In this document: in pieces, positions 16,092 through 23,919 of the stretch | Position numbering within the stretch: position 1 is the stretch's first letter | Layout: every line of letters begins with the position of its first letter | NCBI GenBank assembly: GCA_903888625.1 | Contig: CAISUD010000041.1 | Location: 1 to 47,700 of the forward strand | Length of the DNA: 47,700 bases | Direction of reading: 5' to 3' | Source of the DNA: an uncultured bacterium | Lineage (GTDB): Bacteria > Patescibacteriota > Minisyncoccia > Phycocordibacterales > UBA9973 | Notes under the pieces: generated by a model | Databases searched by the model: none | What the model saw: the letters and a program-made list of their open reading frames with translations, nothing else | What the model was told of the DNA's origin: nothing | Made by a program: the position numbers and the translations under genes

Positions 16092-16267
16092 TAAGAAATT
16101 TTCAGACAAGAATCATTCTTAAATTGATCATATAATTCTTTTTGTTCTTTATTAGCTTCTTTTATTGCCGATTTTATAACCTTTTTTTGTTGGCTAATAG
16201 GCCTTGAAAAAAACTCTGCGAAGTCTGACTTTTCTTTATTTTTACTAAAAAATCTAGATATTTTCAT
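16091..16267 (-). CDS. Small hypothetical protein (58 aa)
   Basis: MKISRFFSKNKEKSDFAEFFSRPISQQKKVIKSAIKEANKEQKELYDQFKNDSCLKIS. It is below the track cutoff and ends in the terminator above. Confidence 0.3.
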   Translation of the reverse strand: MKISRFFSKNKEKSDFAEFFSRPISQQKKVIKSAIKEANKEQKELYDQFKNDSCLKIS

Positions 16268-16368
16268 AATATTTTACTTTTATAGATTTATTTCTTTTAA
16301 AGCCGACCTTAAGGTATCTTCAGTATACCTTTTTGGTATATACGAGTCAACCTTATCTATATTAATCT

Positions 16369-16734
16369 TTAATTTCTCCAAAGATATTTTTTCAAAACTT
16401 GTTTTTGTAATTCAATAATAATTTCTTGATTTTTTTGGTTTTGAATTAAAAGTTCTTGATTGATTTTTTGTGTAGTCTCTACAGACTTTGTTTTTTCTGA
16501 ATATTCTTTATAAATTACACTATTATATCTCATTTGATCTGCAACAATACCAAAAGTAGCGATAACTATTCCAACAGCAGAAACAATAACTGAAGTAACA
16601 ATAGCAAAAAGTAATTTATCGATTTTCCCAAATTGTTTATCAAAATGACCCTTGAGTTCTCCGAGTGTACCTTTTGGAATATTTACTATTTCTTCTTCCT
16701 TAGCTTTAGGTATTTTGATTTCCAGTTCTTGCAT
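16369..16734 (-). CDS. Single-pass membrane protein with a coiled-coil tail
   Basis: 121 aa with a central hydrophobic span LLFAIVTSVIVSAVGIVIATFGIV. Confidence 0.5.
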   Translation of the reverse strand: MQELEIKIPKAKEEEIVNIPKGTLGELKGHFDKQFGKIDKLLFAIVTSVIVSAVGIVIATFGIVADQMRYNSVIYKEYSEKTKSVETTQKINQELLIQNQKNQEIIIELQKQVLKKYLWRN

Positions 16735-16742
16735 ATATTTAT

Positions 16743-16961
16743 TTAAAAAATACCAACAATAACATAAACCCCATTTATAATTTCTACAGAAAAATTTCTT
16801 CCGATATATTTAGAAATGTCTATATTGCCAAACAAAACACCTGGACCAAAACGGACACCTGGACCAAGCTGAGCACTGCCTATTCTAACAGGATGAATAG
16901 GTTCTATGCTTCCATCTGTATTTAATCTAAAAATTGAATAAAAATTAATAGTCTGTGACAT
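16743..16961 (-). CDS. Small hypothetical protein
   Basis: 72-aa ORF, Gly/Pro-rich and beta-like, packed 8 nt from the next ORF. Confidence 0.45.
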   Translation of the reverse strand: MSQTINFYSIFRLNTDGSIEPIHPVRIGSAQLGPGVRFGPGVLFGNIDISKYIGRNFSVEIINGVYVIVGIF

Positions 16962-17001
16962 ATCTTTTATATTAACATATAGGACATAAATTTTCCATAA
17001 A

Positions 17002-17436
17002 TTATTTACCCATTCTCTTTAAATGGAGTTGATGAAATTTATTTAAAACCTCTCGTTCTCTTTCTATGTATTTGTTTAATATTTCCTCATTTAATAGTAT
17101 GTTGGTATATTTACCTTTTCTTGTCCTTTTTGTGTTAGATAATAAACCCGAGGAAAGATTTTTACCGTAAGTTCCATGACTTATATGATTCCTAAAATTA
17201 TTAATTTCATTTATTTCTTTACAAAGATCGTTTCCTGTAAAATCTTTAAGAATTTGAAGTTTAATAGAAATCTGCTGCGAGTATAAAAAATCTAAAATTG
17301 ATCTGAGTTTTAAATCAACCTGACTAATAATATAAACAAATTCAATACTTAAATTAGTATCAATTAAATTAAATAGAACAACAAATTGTCCAATCTTTTC
17401 TAGAATCTTTCTATTGTCTTCTAGTGGAGATTTCAT
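17002..17436 (-). CDS. HEPN-like protein (Rx4H motif)
   Basis: 144 aa, all-helical in appearance. INNFRNHISHGTYG contains R-x4-H as in HEPN, DUF4145 and Abi-type domains. Confidence 0.5.
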   Translation of the reverse strand: MKSPLEDNRKILEKIGQFVVLFNLIDTNLSIEFVYIISQVDLKLRSILDFLYSQQISIKLQILKDFTGNDLCKEINEINNFRNHISHGTYGKNLSSGLLSNTKRTRKGKYTNILLNEEILNKYIEREREVLNKFHQLHLKRMGK

Positions 17437-17439
17437 AAA

Positions 17440-17622
17440 TTATTTTTTATTTAATTTTCTAACACCCTTAAATGGCACATTTTTTCTTTCCATTTGATCA
17501 ATGAATTTGTGTGTTTTTGTATCAATTTTAGTATACCTATCGTTATGAGGATTAAAAACTTGTGCTCTATTTTTAACTTCTCCTTTTCTAGAATTATCGT
17601 GATATGGTTTGTTTCTTGCCAT
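17440..17622 (-). CDS. Small basic hypothetical protein
   Basis: 60-aa ORF, 3 nt upstream of the HEPN-like ORF. Confidence 0.45.
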   Translation of the reverse strand: MARNKPYHDNSRKGEVKNRAQVFNPHNDRYTKIDTKTHKFIDQMERKNVPFKGVRKLNKK

Positions 17623-17651
17623 ATATTTATTTTTATTGGTTAATTTATAAT

Positions 17652-17694
17652 TGTGGATAACTTCCTTGTTTAGGTTATCTTTAGGTATTATAAT
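17652..17694 (+). promoter_or_regulatory. Promoter P2 of the LexA-MTase gene with candidate operator repeats
   Basis: TGTGGATAAC at 17652-17661, -35 TTGTTT at 17666-17671, a 17-nt spacer, and -10 TATAAT at 17689-17694. Direct repeats TTAGGTTAT and TTAGGTAT lie 11 bp apart. The layout matches P1. Confidence 0.55.
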
Positions 17695-17717
17695 ATATTA
17701 TATATAAAAAAGTCAAC

Positions 17718-19154
17718 ATGATAAATACACAATTAACAAAAAAACAGGCTGAGGTCATTCAATATGTAAAAAAATTTCAATCAAGGAAAAATTATTCCCC
17801 TTCCTTAAGTGATATTGCAAATCATTTTAATGTTTCAATCCCTACAATTCATGAACATGTAGAATATTTAAAAAAGAAAGGTTATTTAGAAAAACAAAAA
17901 GGTAAAAAACGTTCTATTCAACCAATCAAAAATAAAGATTTACTAATTATCCCAATCTTGGGAAAAATCGCTGCTGGTCAACCGATAGAAGCAATAGAAA
18001 TTCCAGAAGGATTTGTAACTCTTACTAAAGAGGAAGCAAAACCATCAGAGAAATATTATGCACTTCGTGCTATTGGAAACAGCATGATAGAAGATGGGGT
18101 TTTTGACGGAGATACTGTAGTTATTAGAGAACAGAAAACAGCAGATAATGGTCAAATGGTGGTTGCCATTATTGACGATAATCAAGCTACCTTGAAACGA
18201 ATATATTATGAAAAAAACAAAATACGTTTACAGCCAGCTAACCAAACATTACTACCTTTTTTTAGAACAGAAGTTGAGATTAGAGGTATTGTAGAAAAAA
18301 TAATTAGAAATCCAAACAATGAAATTGAAGAAATACGCAAAAAAGAAAATCCAATAGTTAAACATCTCACAAAAGATTCAGAAAGTATCTTTATAAATAA
18401 TGAATATAAAGTAAATAAAATTTATAACATTGATTGCCTTGAACTAACAAAAAAAATAAAAGACGATTCAATAGATCTTATTTTTGCAGATCCACCCTAT
18501 AATTTAAGCGGGAGTAATTTTAAAATGAAATTTACAAAATCAGGCGGTAGTGATTTAAATACCAATAAAGGAAAATGGGATCATTATAGTGATATGGAAT
18601 TTGAAGAATTTACAAAAAAATGGTTGTCTGAATGTTTTAGAATTCTTAAAAAAAATGGTTCAATTTGGGTTGCGGGCTCTTACCATAACATATATTTAAC
18701 GGGTTATTTAATGAAAAAAATTGGTTTTGAAATTTTAAATGAAGTTTTATGGCATAAGTCTGATGCTACCCCTAATTTATCTTGCACAAGATTTGTTGCT
18801 GACCATGAAAATTTTATTTGGGCACGAAAAGGCAAAGGAAATATATTTAATTATGCTATAATGAAAAAGTTAAATGGTGGAAAACAAATGCGATCACTTT
18901 GGACAAAAGGTAAAACAACAGGCGGAAAAAGAATACATCCAACCCAAAAGCCAGAATGGCTTTTGGAAAGAATCATAACGGCAACATCTAATAAAAATAG
19001 TATTGTATTTGACCCATTTCTTGGTTCAGGAACAACTGCAGTCGTTGCAAAAAAATATGAAAGACAATATTTAGGTGCTGAATTAGATCAAGATTATTAT
19101 AAGAAAGCAATTGAAAGAATAAATCAAACAATAATATGCAAAAACATTATTTAG
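17718..19154 (+). CDS. LexA (wHTH + S24 autopeptidase) fused to a beta-class N6-adenine/N4-cytosine DNA methyltransferase
   Basis: 478 aa in a single frame. The LexA part shows PTIHEHVEYLKKKGYL, AAGQP, IGNSM and ATLKRIY. The MTase part has motif IV FADPPYNL before motif I FDPFLGSGTT, which is the beta order. Confidence 0.9.
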   Translation: MINTQLTKKQAEVIQYVKKFQSRKNYSPSLSDIANHFNVSIPTIHEHVEYLKKKGYLEKQKGKKRSIQPIKNKDLLIIPILGKIAAGQPIEAIEIPEGFVTLTKEEAKPSEKYYALRAIGNSMIEDGVFDGDTVVIREQKTADNGQMVVAIIDDNQATLKRIYYEKNKIRLQPANQTLLPFFRTEVEIRGIVEKIIRNPNNEIEEIRKKENPIVKHLTKDSESIFINNEYKVNKIYNIDCLELTKKIKDDSIDLIFADPPYNLSGSNFKMKFTKSGGSDLNTNKGKWDHYSDMEFEEFTKKWLSECFRILKKNGSIWVAGSYHNIYLTGYLMKKIGFEILNEVLWHKSDATPNLSCTRFVADHENFIWARKGKGNIFNYAIMKKLNGGKQMRSLWTKGKTTGGKRIHPTQKPEWLLERIITATSNKNSIVFDPFLGSGTTAVVAKKYERQYLGAELDQDYYKKAIERINQTIICKNII

Positions 19155-19888
19155 TTTTAGGAGACGCACTAAAAGTTTTATCAAAAATAAAAAATAAAGT
19201 AGATGCGGTTATTGTTGATCCACCTTACAATACAGCAAATAAAAATACTAAGGTTTTAAAAGGCAGAAAAGCAAGGTCATCTGATTTTGGCAAGTGGGAT
19301 TATTTTACAAATGATGAATACTTAAATTTTACAGAAAATTGGATAAAATTAGTACAATTGTCTTTAAAAGAAAATGGAAATCTCTTGATTTTTTCAAAAT
19401 TAGAATATGTTAGTGACATAAAAAGAATCTATGAAAAATTAGGTTTTAAACATCATGGTACTATTATTTGGCACAAAACAAATCCTGCCCCACAAATAAG
19501 AAAAAATGGATTTCTGTCATCCTGTGAAGCTATTTTATGGGCAACTAATGGTTTTGATAATAAAAAAATATCATATACATTTAATTTTTCAAAACAAAAT
19601 GAAATGCATAATTTTATTCAAACACCAATTTGTATGGGGCATGAAAGAACTGCTCATCCAACGCAAAAACCTAAAAAGGTTTTATCACATTTAGTAAAAA
19701 TATTTACAAATGAAAAAGATATAATTCTTGATTGTTTTGCTGGTAGTGGAACATTAGCAGAAGTAGCCAATGAACTAAAAAGAAATTCAATCAGCATAGA
19801 AAATGATATAAATTATTTTAAAATAATGAAAGAACGTCTAAAAAATATAAAAGGTGTAAAAATTTTGAAAATAAAAAATAGTATTTAA
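19136..19888 (+). CDS. Second beta-class N6/N4 DNA methyltransferase
   Basis: 250 aa. VIVDPPYNT (motif IV) precedes ILDCFAGSGT (motif I). There is a 19-nt overlap with the upstream fusion gene. Confidence 0.85.
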   Translation: MQKHYLVLGDALKVLSKIKNKVDAVIVDPPYNTANKNTKVLKGRKARSSDFGKWDYFTNDEYLNFTENWIKLVQLSLKENGNLLIFSKLEYVSDIKRIYEKLGFKHHGTIIWHKTNPAPQIRKNGFLSSCEAILWATNGFDNKKISYTFNFSKQNEMHNFIQTPICMGHERTAHPTQKPKKVLSHLVKIFTNEKDIILDCFAGSGTLAEVANELKRNSISIENDINYFKIMKERLKNIKGVKILKIKNSI

Positions 19889-21189
19889 AACTTTACTTCT
19901 ATTTCCTCATATTTTTCTATTGCCCAATTTACTCTATATGCATGTCTATTTCCTTTTTTATCAACAGCTAAAAATACATTTGGAATTCGATCATTATTAC
20001 GTTTCTTTTCTAAACTAAAAATTTTTTTTATCTTTTCAAAATTAAATTCTTCTTCTGCAAAAATCCAAACTTTACTAAAAGCGTTGTTTTTATTATGCCC
20101 ATGGTCTAAATAGTTATTCCAAGAATGCTCTAACTCTAATTTTTGTTTTGTTCCACCAGAAAAAATTAATTCAACATCAGGACCACCTGAACTTATAACT
20201 TTTACATCAGTAACTTCTTTTCCATCTATTGTAAAATTTCTTTTCCAGTCTAAGAATAATCTTAAGAAAGTACTAAATTCGTCTTCTTTTCTTACTTCAT
20301 AATCAACTTCAGTTTCACAATATTGTTTTTTTAATTCTTCCCAACTATAATCTAGCCTCTCTTTTATGTTTTTATCTTCTTTTGAAAATTCAATAAGTGC
20401 ATCATCAAGTGAATATAATTTATAAGAATTTCCATCTTTATCTTGGCAAGTTTTTGTAAGTAAATTTACATTTATTAATAACGGTTTATTATCAAAAAGA
20501 TCTTCATTCTTTAAGGCATATATTCCACCACCCCAAGGATTTTCTTTTGTTGGTAAAACAATTAAAGGATGAAAATTCTTCTTTTTTAATTTTTTACCTT
20601 GCCAAAGATTAATTAAATTAAATTGTAAAATAGTATTGCTAGAATCAACAAAATTATTTACTAAACTTCTTATAAAATATTGTTCATTTGAACTTTTAAA
20701 CACAGATTGTTTTGCATAACTAGCACTATCTCTTTTAAGAGGTATTTTATTATTTTTTTCTAACATTGTTTTTACATGAGCTTGAGACTCCCTAACATTA
20801 CGTAACCATGCTTCATTCTCTAAAAGATTTTTTAGTTTTTCATCATTGGTATATGCAGAAAGTTCCTCACGATTAAGAACAATTTTCCCATTACAAATAG
20901 CATTAACCAATTTAGAATCCTTACCTAAACTGCATGAATTTACAATACTGGAACCTCTTTTGACTAAACCTCTCCATGTCAAAAGCGTGGAAAAATTCCC
21001 CCTTAACCCACCAAAACGTGTGTCATCTAAATATTTATAATCTTTTTTATTAATTTTTAAACGAACAAGTTCGCTTTTATGACGATTTGATAGTTGGGCT
21101 AAGTCATTAGTATTAAAAAAACTATTACGATAAAAACTTGCGATATCAAGAGCTAAAAATAAAATGTTTGGTAATTTAATTTTATACAT
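19885..21189 (-). CDS. Putative restriction endonuclease
   Basis: 434-aa ORF convergent with the two MTases, with a 4-nt overlap of the stops. The C-terminal GGPDVELIF...KLELEH is a possible PD-ExK-like site. The call rests mainly on context. Confidence 0.5.
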   Translation of the reverse strand: MYKIKLPNILFLALDIASFYRNSFFNTNDLAQLSNRHKSELVRLKINKKDYKYLDDTRFGGLRGNFSTLLTWRGLVKRGSSIVNSCSLGKDSKLVNAICNGKIVLNREELSAYTNDEKLKNLLENEAWLRNVRESQAHVKTMLEKNNKIPLKRDSASYAKQSVFKSSNEQYFIRSLVNNFVDSSNTILQFNLINLWQGKKLKKKNFHPLIVLPTKENPWGGGIYALKNEDLFDNKPLLINVNLLTKTCQDKDGNSYKLYSLDDALIEFSKEDKNIKERLDYSWEELKKQYCETEVDYEVRKEDEFSTFLRLFLDWKRNFTIDGKEVTDVKVISSGGPDVELIFSGGTKQKLELEHSWNNYLDHGHNKNNAFSKVWIFAEEEFNFEKIKKIFSLEKKRNNDRIPNVFLAVDKKGNRHAYRVNWAIEKYEEIEVKF

Positions 21190-22116
21190 TTATTTTTTAG
21201 TAAATTTTTTATAAACTTGTTTAACTAACATCATTGCATAATCAATATCTTCAAGATTTTTTACCTTAAAAAGAGACACGTGTTTATTGTAATGCTCCAT
21301 ACTAAAGCTTTGATAAGTAACTCTTTTTTCCGGATCATTTAAATCTTCTGGTTTAAATCTCAAAAGATGTATTTCAATAAATGATTTCTTTGGGTTTAAC
21401 TCTACTACATTTGAATTTCCAATTTTACAGCCTACGTAGTTTTGTACTGGAGAGAGTTTCATATTTGGATCTAATGCCACAATTTTTTCACTTAAAACAT
21501 CAAAAATTTCTCTTGATTCTTTCCAGTTATCTTTAAAAAGACCCTCAATGCTATAATTTTTTATTTCTTTGGTAACTGATTCAAACCTTGGATCTTTCAT
21601 AATTAAATCGATAGACTCACAAGAATCGGAAGCTTCTATCTTATTAAAGAAAATCGAATTATTTTCAAAAATCTTTATTTCATAAAGGTCAAAAGCCATG
21701 TTTCTAAAATTAACAGAGTTTATTTGGTGTTGTGTAAATGAAGGAGAAATAAAAACAATACGAGATTGTGACCAATCTACATCACCACGACGCAAATGTT
21801 CTTTTTTATGTTCAAAATATTCTTGCAGAAAAAAATCTTTTTTGTTTAATAAAATACCAAGATATGAAAAACCCTGGTCTACGATAGAAAAATTACGGTC
21901 TTTTTTATACTCAATTATAATGAATGCTCTAGTTTCAGGATTCCAAGCAAGTGTATCAAATCTAAAATTATCAACTTTCAGTTCTGAAGCAATAAACTCA
22001 AATTCAAATATGGTTTTAAGATTTTTCTCAGTCAATTCTTGTATATTTTTTTCAAGTTTAATTTTCTTTTCAGAAACAGGAACTAATTTAGTTTTTTCTA
22101 TTTTAAAAAGTGACAT
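21190..22116 (-). CDS. PD-(D/E)xK nuclease-like protein (NucS/DUF91-type N-terminal module)
   Basis: 308 aa. FDTLAWNPETRAFIIIEYKKD...DQGFSYL fits the D...E-x-K module. Its stop abuts the ATG of 19885..21189 with a 0-nt gap. Confidence 0.55.
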   Translation of the reverse strand: MSLFKIEKTKLVPVSEKKIKLEKNIQELTEKNLKTIFEFEFIASELKVDNFRFDTLAWNPETRAFIIIEYKKDRNFSIVDQGFSYLGILLNKKDFFLQEYFEHKKEHLRRGDVDWSQSRIVFISPSFTQHQINSVNFRNMAFDLYEIKIFENNSIFFNKIEASDSCESIDLIMKDPRFESVTKEIKNYSIEGLFKDNWKESREIFDVLSEKIVALDPNMKLSPVQNYVGCKIGNSNVVELNPKKSFIEIHLLRFKPEDLNDPEKRVTYQSFSMEHYNKHVSLFKVKNLEDIDYAMMLVKQVYKKFTKK

Positions 22117-22128
22117 AGCTATATAATA

Positions 22129-22392
22129 CTACTTTCTCCCCCTAATCCAAAGCTTCTTAATAAAAGATATCGAAAGCGTGGAGAGTATAAACGCGATGGC
22201 TGGAACAATAGCGCCGAGGAAGGGTTTTGGGAGGTGGGCGAAGAGGAAAAATAAGACTATGACAATATAGGTCAAAATGGCAATTAAAATTTTGCGAGCA
22301 GAGCTCGTTTCCCATGCTTTATCTTTTTCCACGCGAAGATTTCGTTCTTTGATTTCAGCGATATCTTTTTTAATTTGTTCTAAATCGTTCAT
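22129..22392 (-). CDS. Small two-pass membrane protein
   Basis: 87 aa with an N-terminal amphipathic helix followed by two hydrophobic spans. It is visibly more GC-rich than the adjacent R-M genes, so it is probably backbone. Confidence 0.6.
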   Translation of the reverse strand: MNDLEQIKKDIAEIKERNLRVEKDKAWETSSARKILIAILTYIVIVLFFLFAHLPKPFLGAIVPAIAFILSTLSISFIKKLWIRGRK

Positions 22393-22538
22393 CCCGGTAC
22401 TAAAATTTTAAATCTTTACTAATAATTTTTAACATATATTTGCCTGCTAATTATACACCTTTTTACCAAAAACTTACCCAAAAATTTAGTACGGGACAAG
22501 TACCCTTATTATACAACGTTATCATTTATATTAAACTC

Positions 22539-22718
22539 CTATTTTTCTACAAATTCATAATTTTCTTTATTTCCTCCGATTCTAGAATAATATTCACAAC
22601 CATCAACATAAATCGCTTTACAGGTACAATAAGTTAGCACCTTATTTGTATCAAAGGGTATCTTATCAAAACACTTTTTACACAAACAATATGATTTTTT
22701 TAATTTTTTAGTTTTCAT
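22539..22718 (-). CDS. Small Cys-rich (zinc-ribbon-like) hypothetical protein, 59 aa
   Basis: MKTKKLKKSYCLCKKCFDKIPFDTNKVLTYCTCKAIYVDGCEYYSRIGGNKENYEFVEK. It is just below the track cutoff and is preceded by promoter P3. Confidence 0.35.
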   Translation of the reverse strand: MKTKKLKKSYCLCKKCFDKIPFDTNKVLTYCTCKAIYVDGCEYYSRIGGNKENYEFVEK

Positions 22719-22760
22719 AAATATTTAATTATCTATCATTGCCTTGATTCATTATTTAAC

Positions 22761-22802
22761 ATTATATTAATAATATCCTTATATTTCAAGTATTTATCCA
22801 CA
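22761..22802 (-). promoter_or_regulatory. Promoter P3 with the same upstream TGTGGATAA box as P1/P2
   Basis: On the minus strand: TGTGGATAA (22794-22802), -35 TTGAAA (22784-22789), a 17-nt spacer, and -10 TATAAT (22761-22766). The 15-mer TATAATTGTGGATAA is shared with P2. Confidence 0.4.
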
Positions 22803-23040
22803 ATTATAATTTTTACGATTTAACATCCTATGCTAAGTGCATTTAACACTTTTGAAACAATATAACTAAATCATGTTTTAGTTACTATTGATGCAAGCAA
22901 ATTGAACTAATCTTATATATTTGACATATATGATTATATCTGAAAATGCAAGTTTAGCGTAAATCTTGACTACTTTTAGCTAAAATTTACGGTATTTTTG
23001 AATATTTTTCTTTTTATTCTATCGGGCCCTTCGACCTTGC

Positions 23041-23901
23041 TCAGGACAAACAAGTATTTTTACCCATGAATTGATAAACTATGCACCAGGGAAAGACGGA
23101 TTGGAATATCATAAATCCAGAGAGGAACAATAAAATCGGATTCCAAGTGGTAGTGATGGCGATTAATAATAAGGCTATGCCTAAGACTGCTCGAATTAAC
23201 CGGTCTTTTTTATTAATATTCTTGCCTACTTTATTTATTTTATTTCTATTTATTATTTTGAAAATTAAACGAACGATAAAACCAACAATAAATGCGAGTA
23301 AATACATCACTAAAATGTAACCCCAGCCAAACGGAGAGAGAATAAAATTAATTGGATTTTCATTGAAAAAATTTCTTTTTATTTGCGGAATTAAATTTAT
23401 AGCATTGACTGTTTCTTTAAAATTAAAATTTTCTTTTTCACCTATGGCTAAAGAATATTTGCTGTCATTCTCGCTACTCCAAACTCTGATTTGATAATTG
23501 CCCGCTTCGGCTTTAACCTTGTACTCTCCTCCTTGCCAATAAGTATCGTGAGCAAATGGTTCAAAAAACTTTTTCCAATTATTATTACCTTCGTCAAAAA
23601 CAGTTAGGAGTTCATCGGAATTTCCTTTTTTAAATAATGCCAAGTTTACATCTTTTTTTTGACCGACAATATCTGGCATTAAAATGTTTACATATAAATC
23701 AAAAGGCACTGACCAATTAATATCATAAATATGTGGTTCGCCCGCAAGTTGTCCGTAGTAAGCTTTGGAAATTTCAGGATCAGTGACTATTGTCTCAATG
23801 CTAGTGTTTATTCTGGGTTGATGAGCAGAAGCTAAAACTGGGACCAAAACAAAAATTGCTAATAAAATAATCCAAAACTTTTTACTAGTTTTCATACTCA
23901 T
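23041..23901 (-). CDS. Secreted/membrane protein with a C-terminal DUF2892 (YgaP-like) module
   Basis: 286 aa with a signal-like N-terminus. The C-terminal DRLIRAVLGIALL...FMIFQSVFPWCIVYQFMG is typical of DUF2892. Confidence 0.6.
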   Translation of the reverse strand: MSMKTSKKFWIILLAIFVLVPVLASAHQPRINTSIETIVTDPEISKAYYGQLAGEPHIYDINWSVPFDLYVNILMPDIVGQKKDVNLALFKKGNSDELLTVFDEGNNNWKKFFEPFAHDTYWQGGEYKVKAEAGNYQIRVWSSENDSKYSLAIGEKENFNFKETVNAINLIPQIKRNFFNENPINFILSPFGWGYILVMYLLAFIVGFIVRLIFKIINRNKINKVGKNINKKDRLIRAVLGIALLLIAITTTWNPILLFLSGFMIFQSVFPWCIVYQFMGKNTCLS

Positions 23902-23919
23902 ATTATAACATTTTATTAT

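Noticed and set aside
22129-22392. Inclusion of the 87-aa membrane protein in R-M system 2 (it lies only 12 nt upstream of the nuclease pair).
   Set aside because: Its composition is visibly more GC-rich than the R-M genes, and it has its own TGTATAAT-type boxes upstream. It is more likely a backbone gene at the island edge, so co-transcription is left open rather than claimed.
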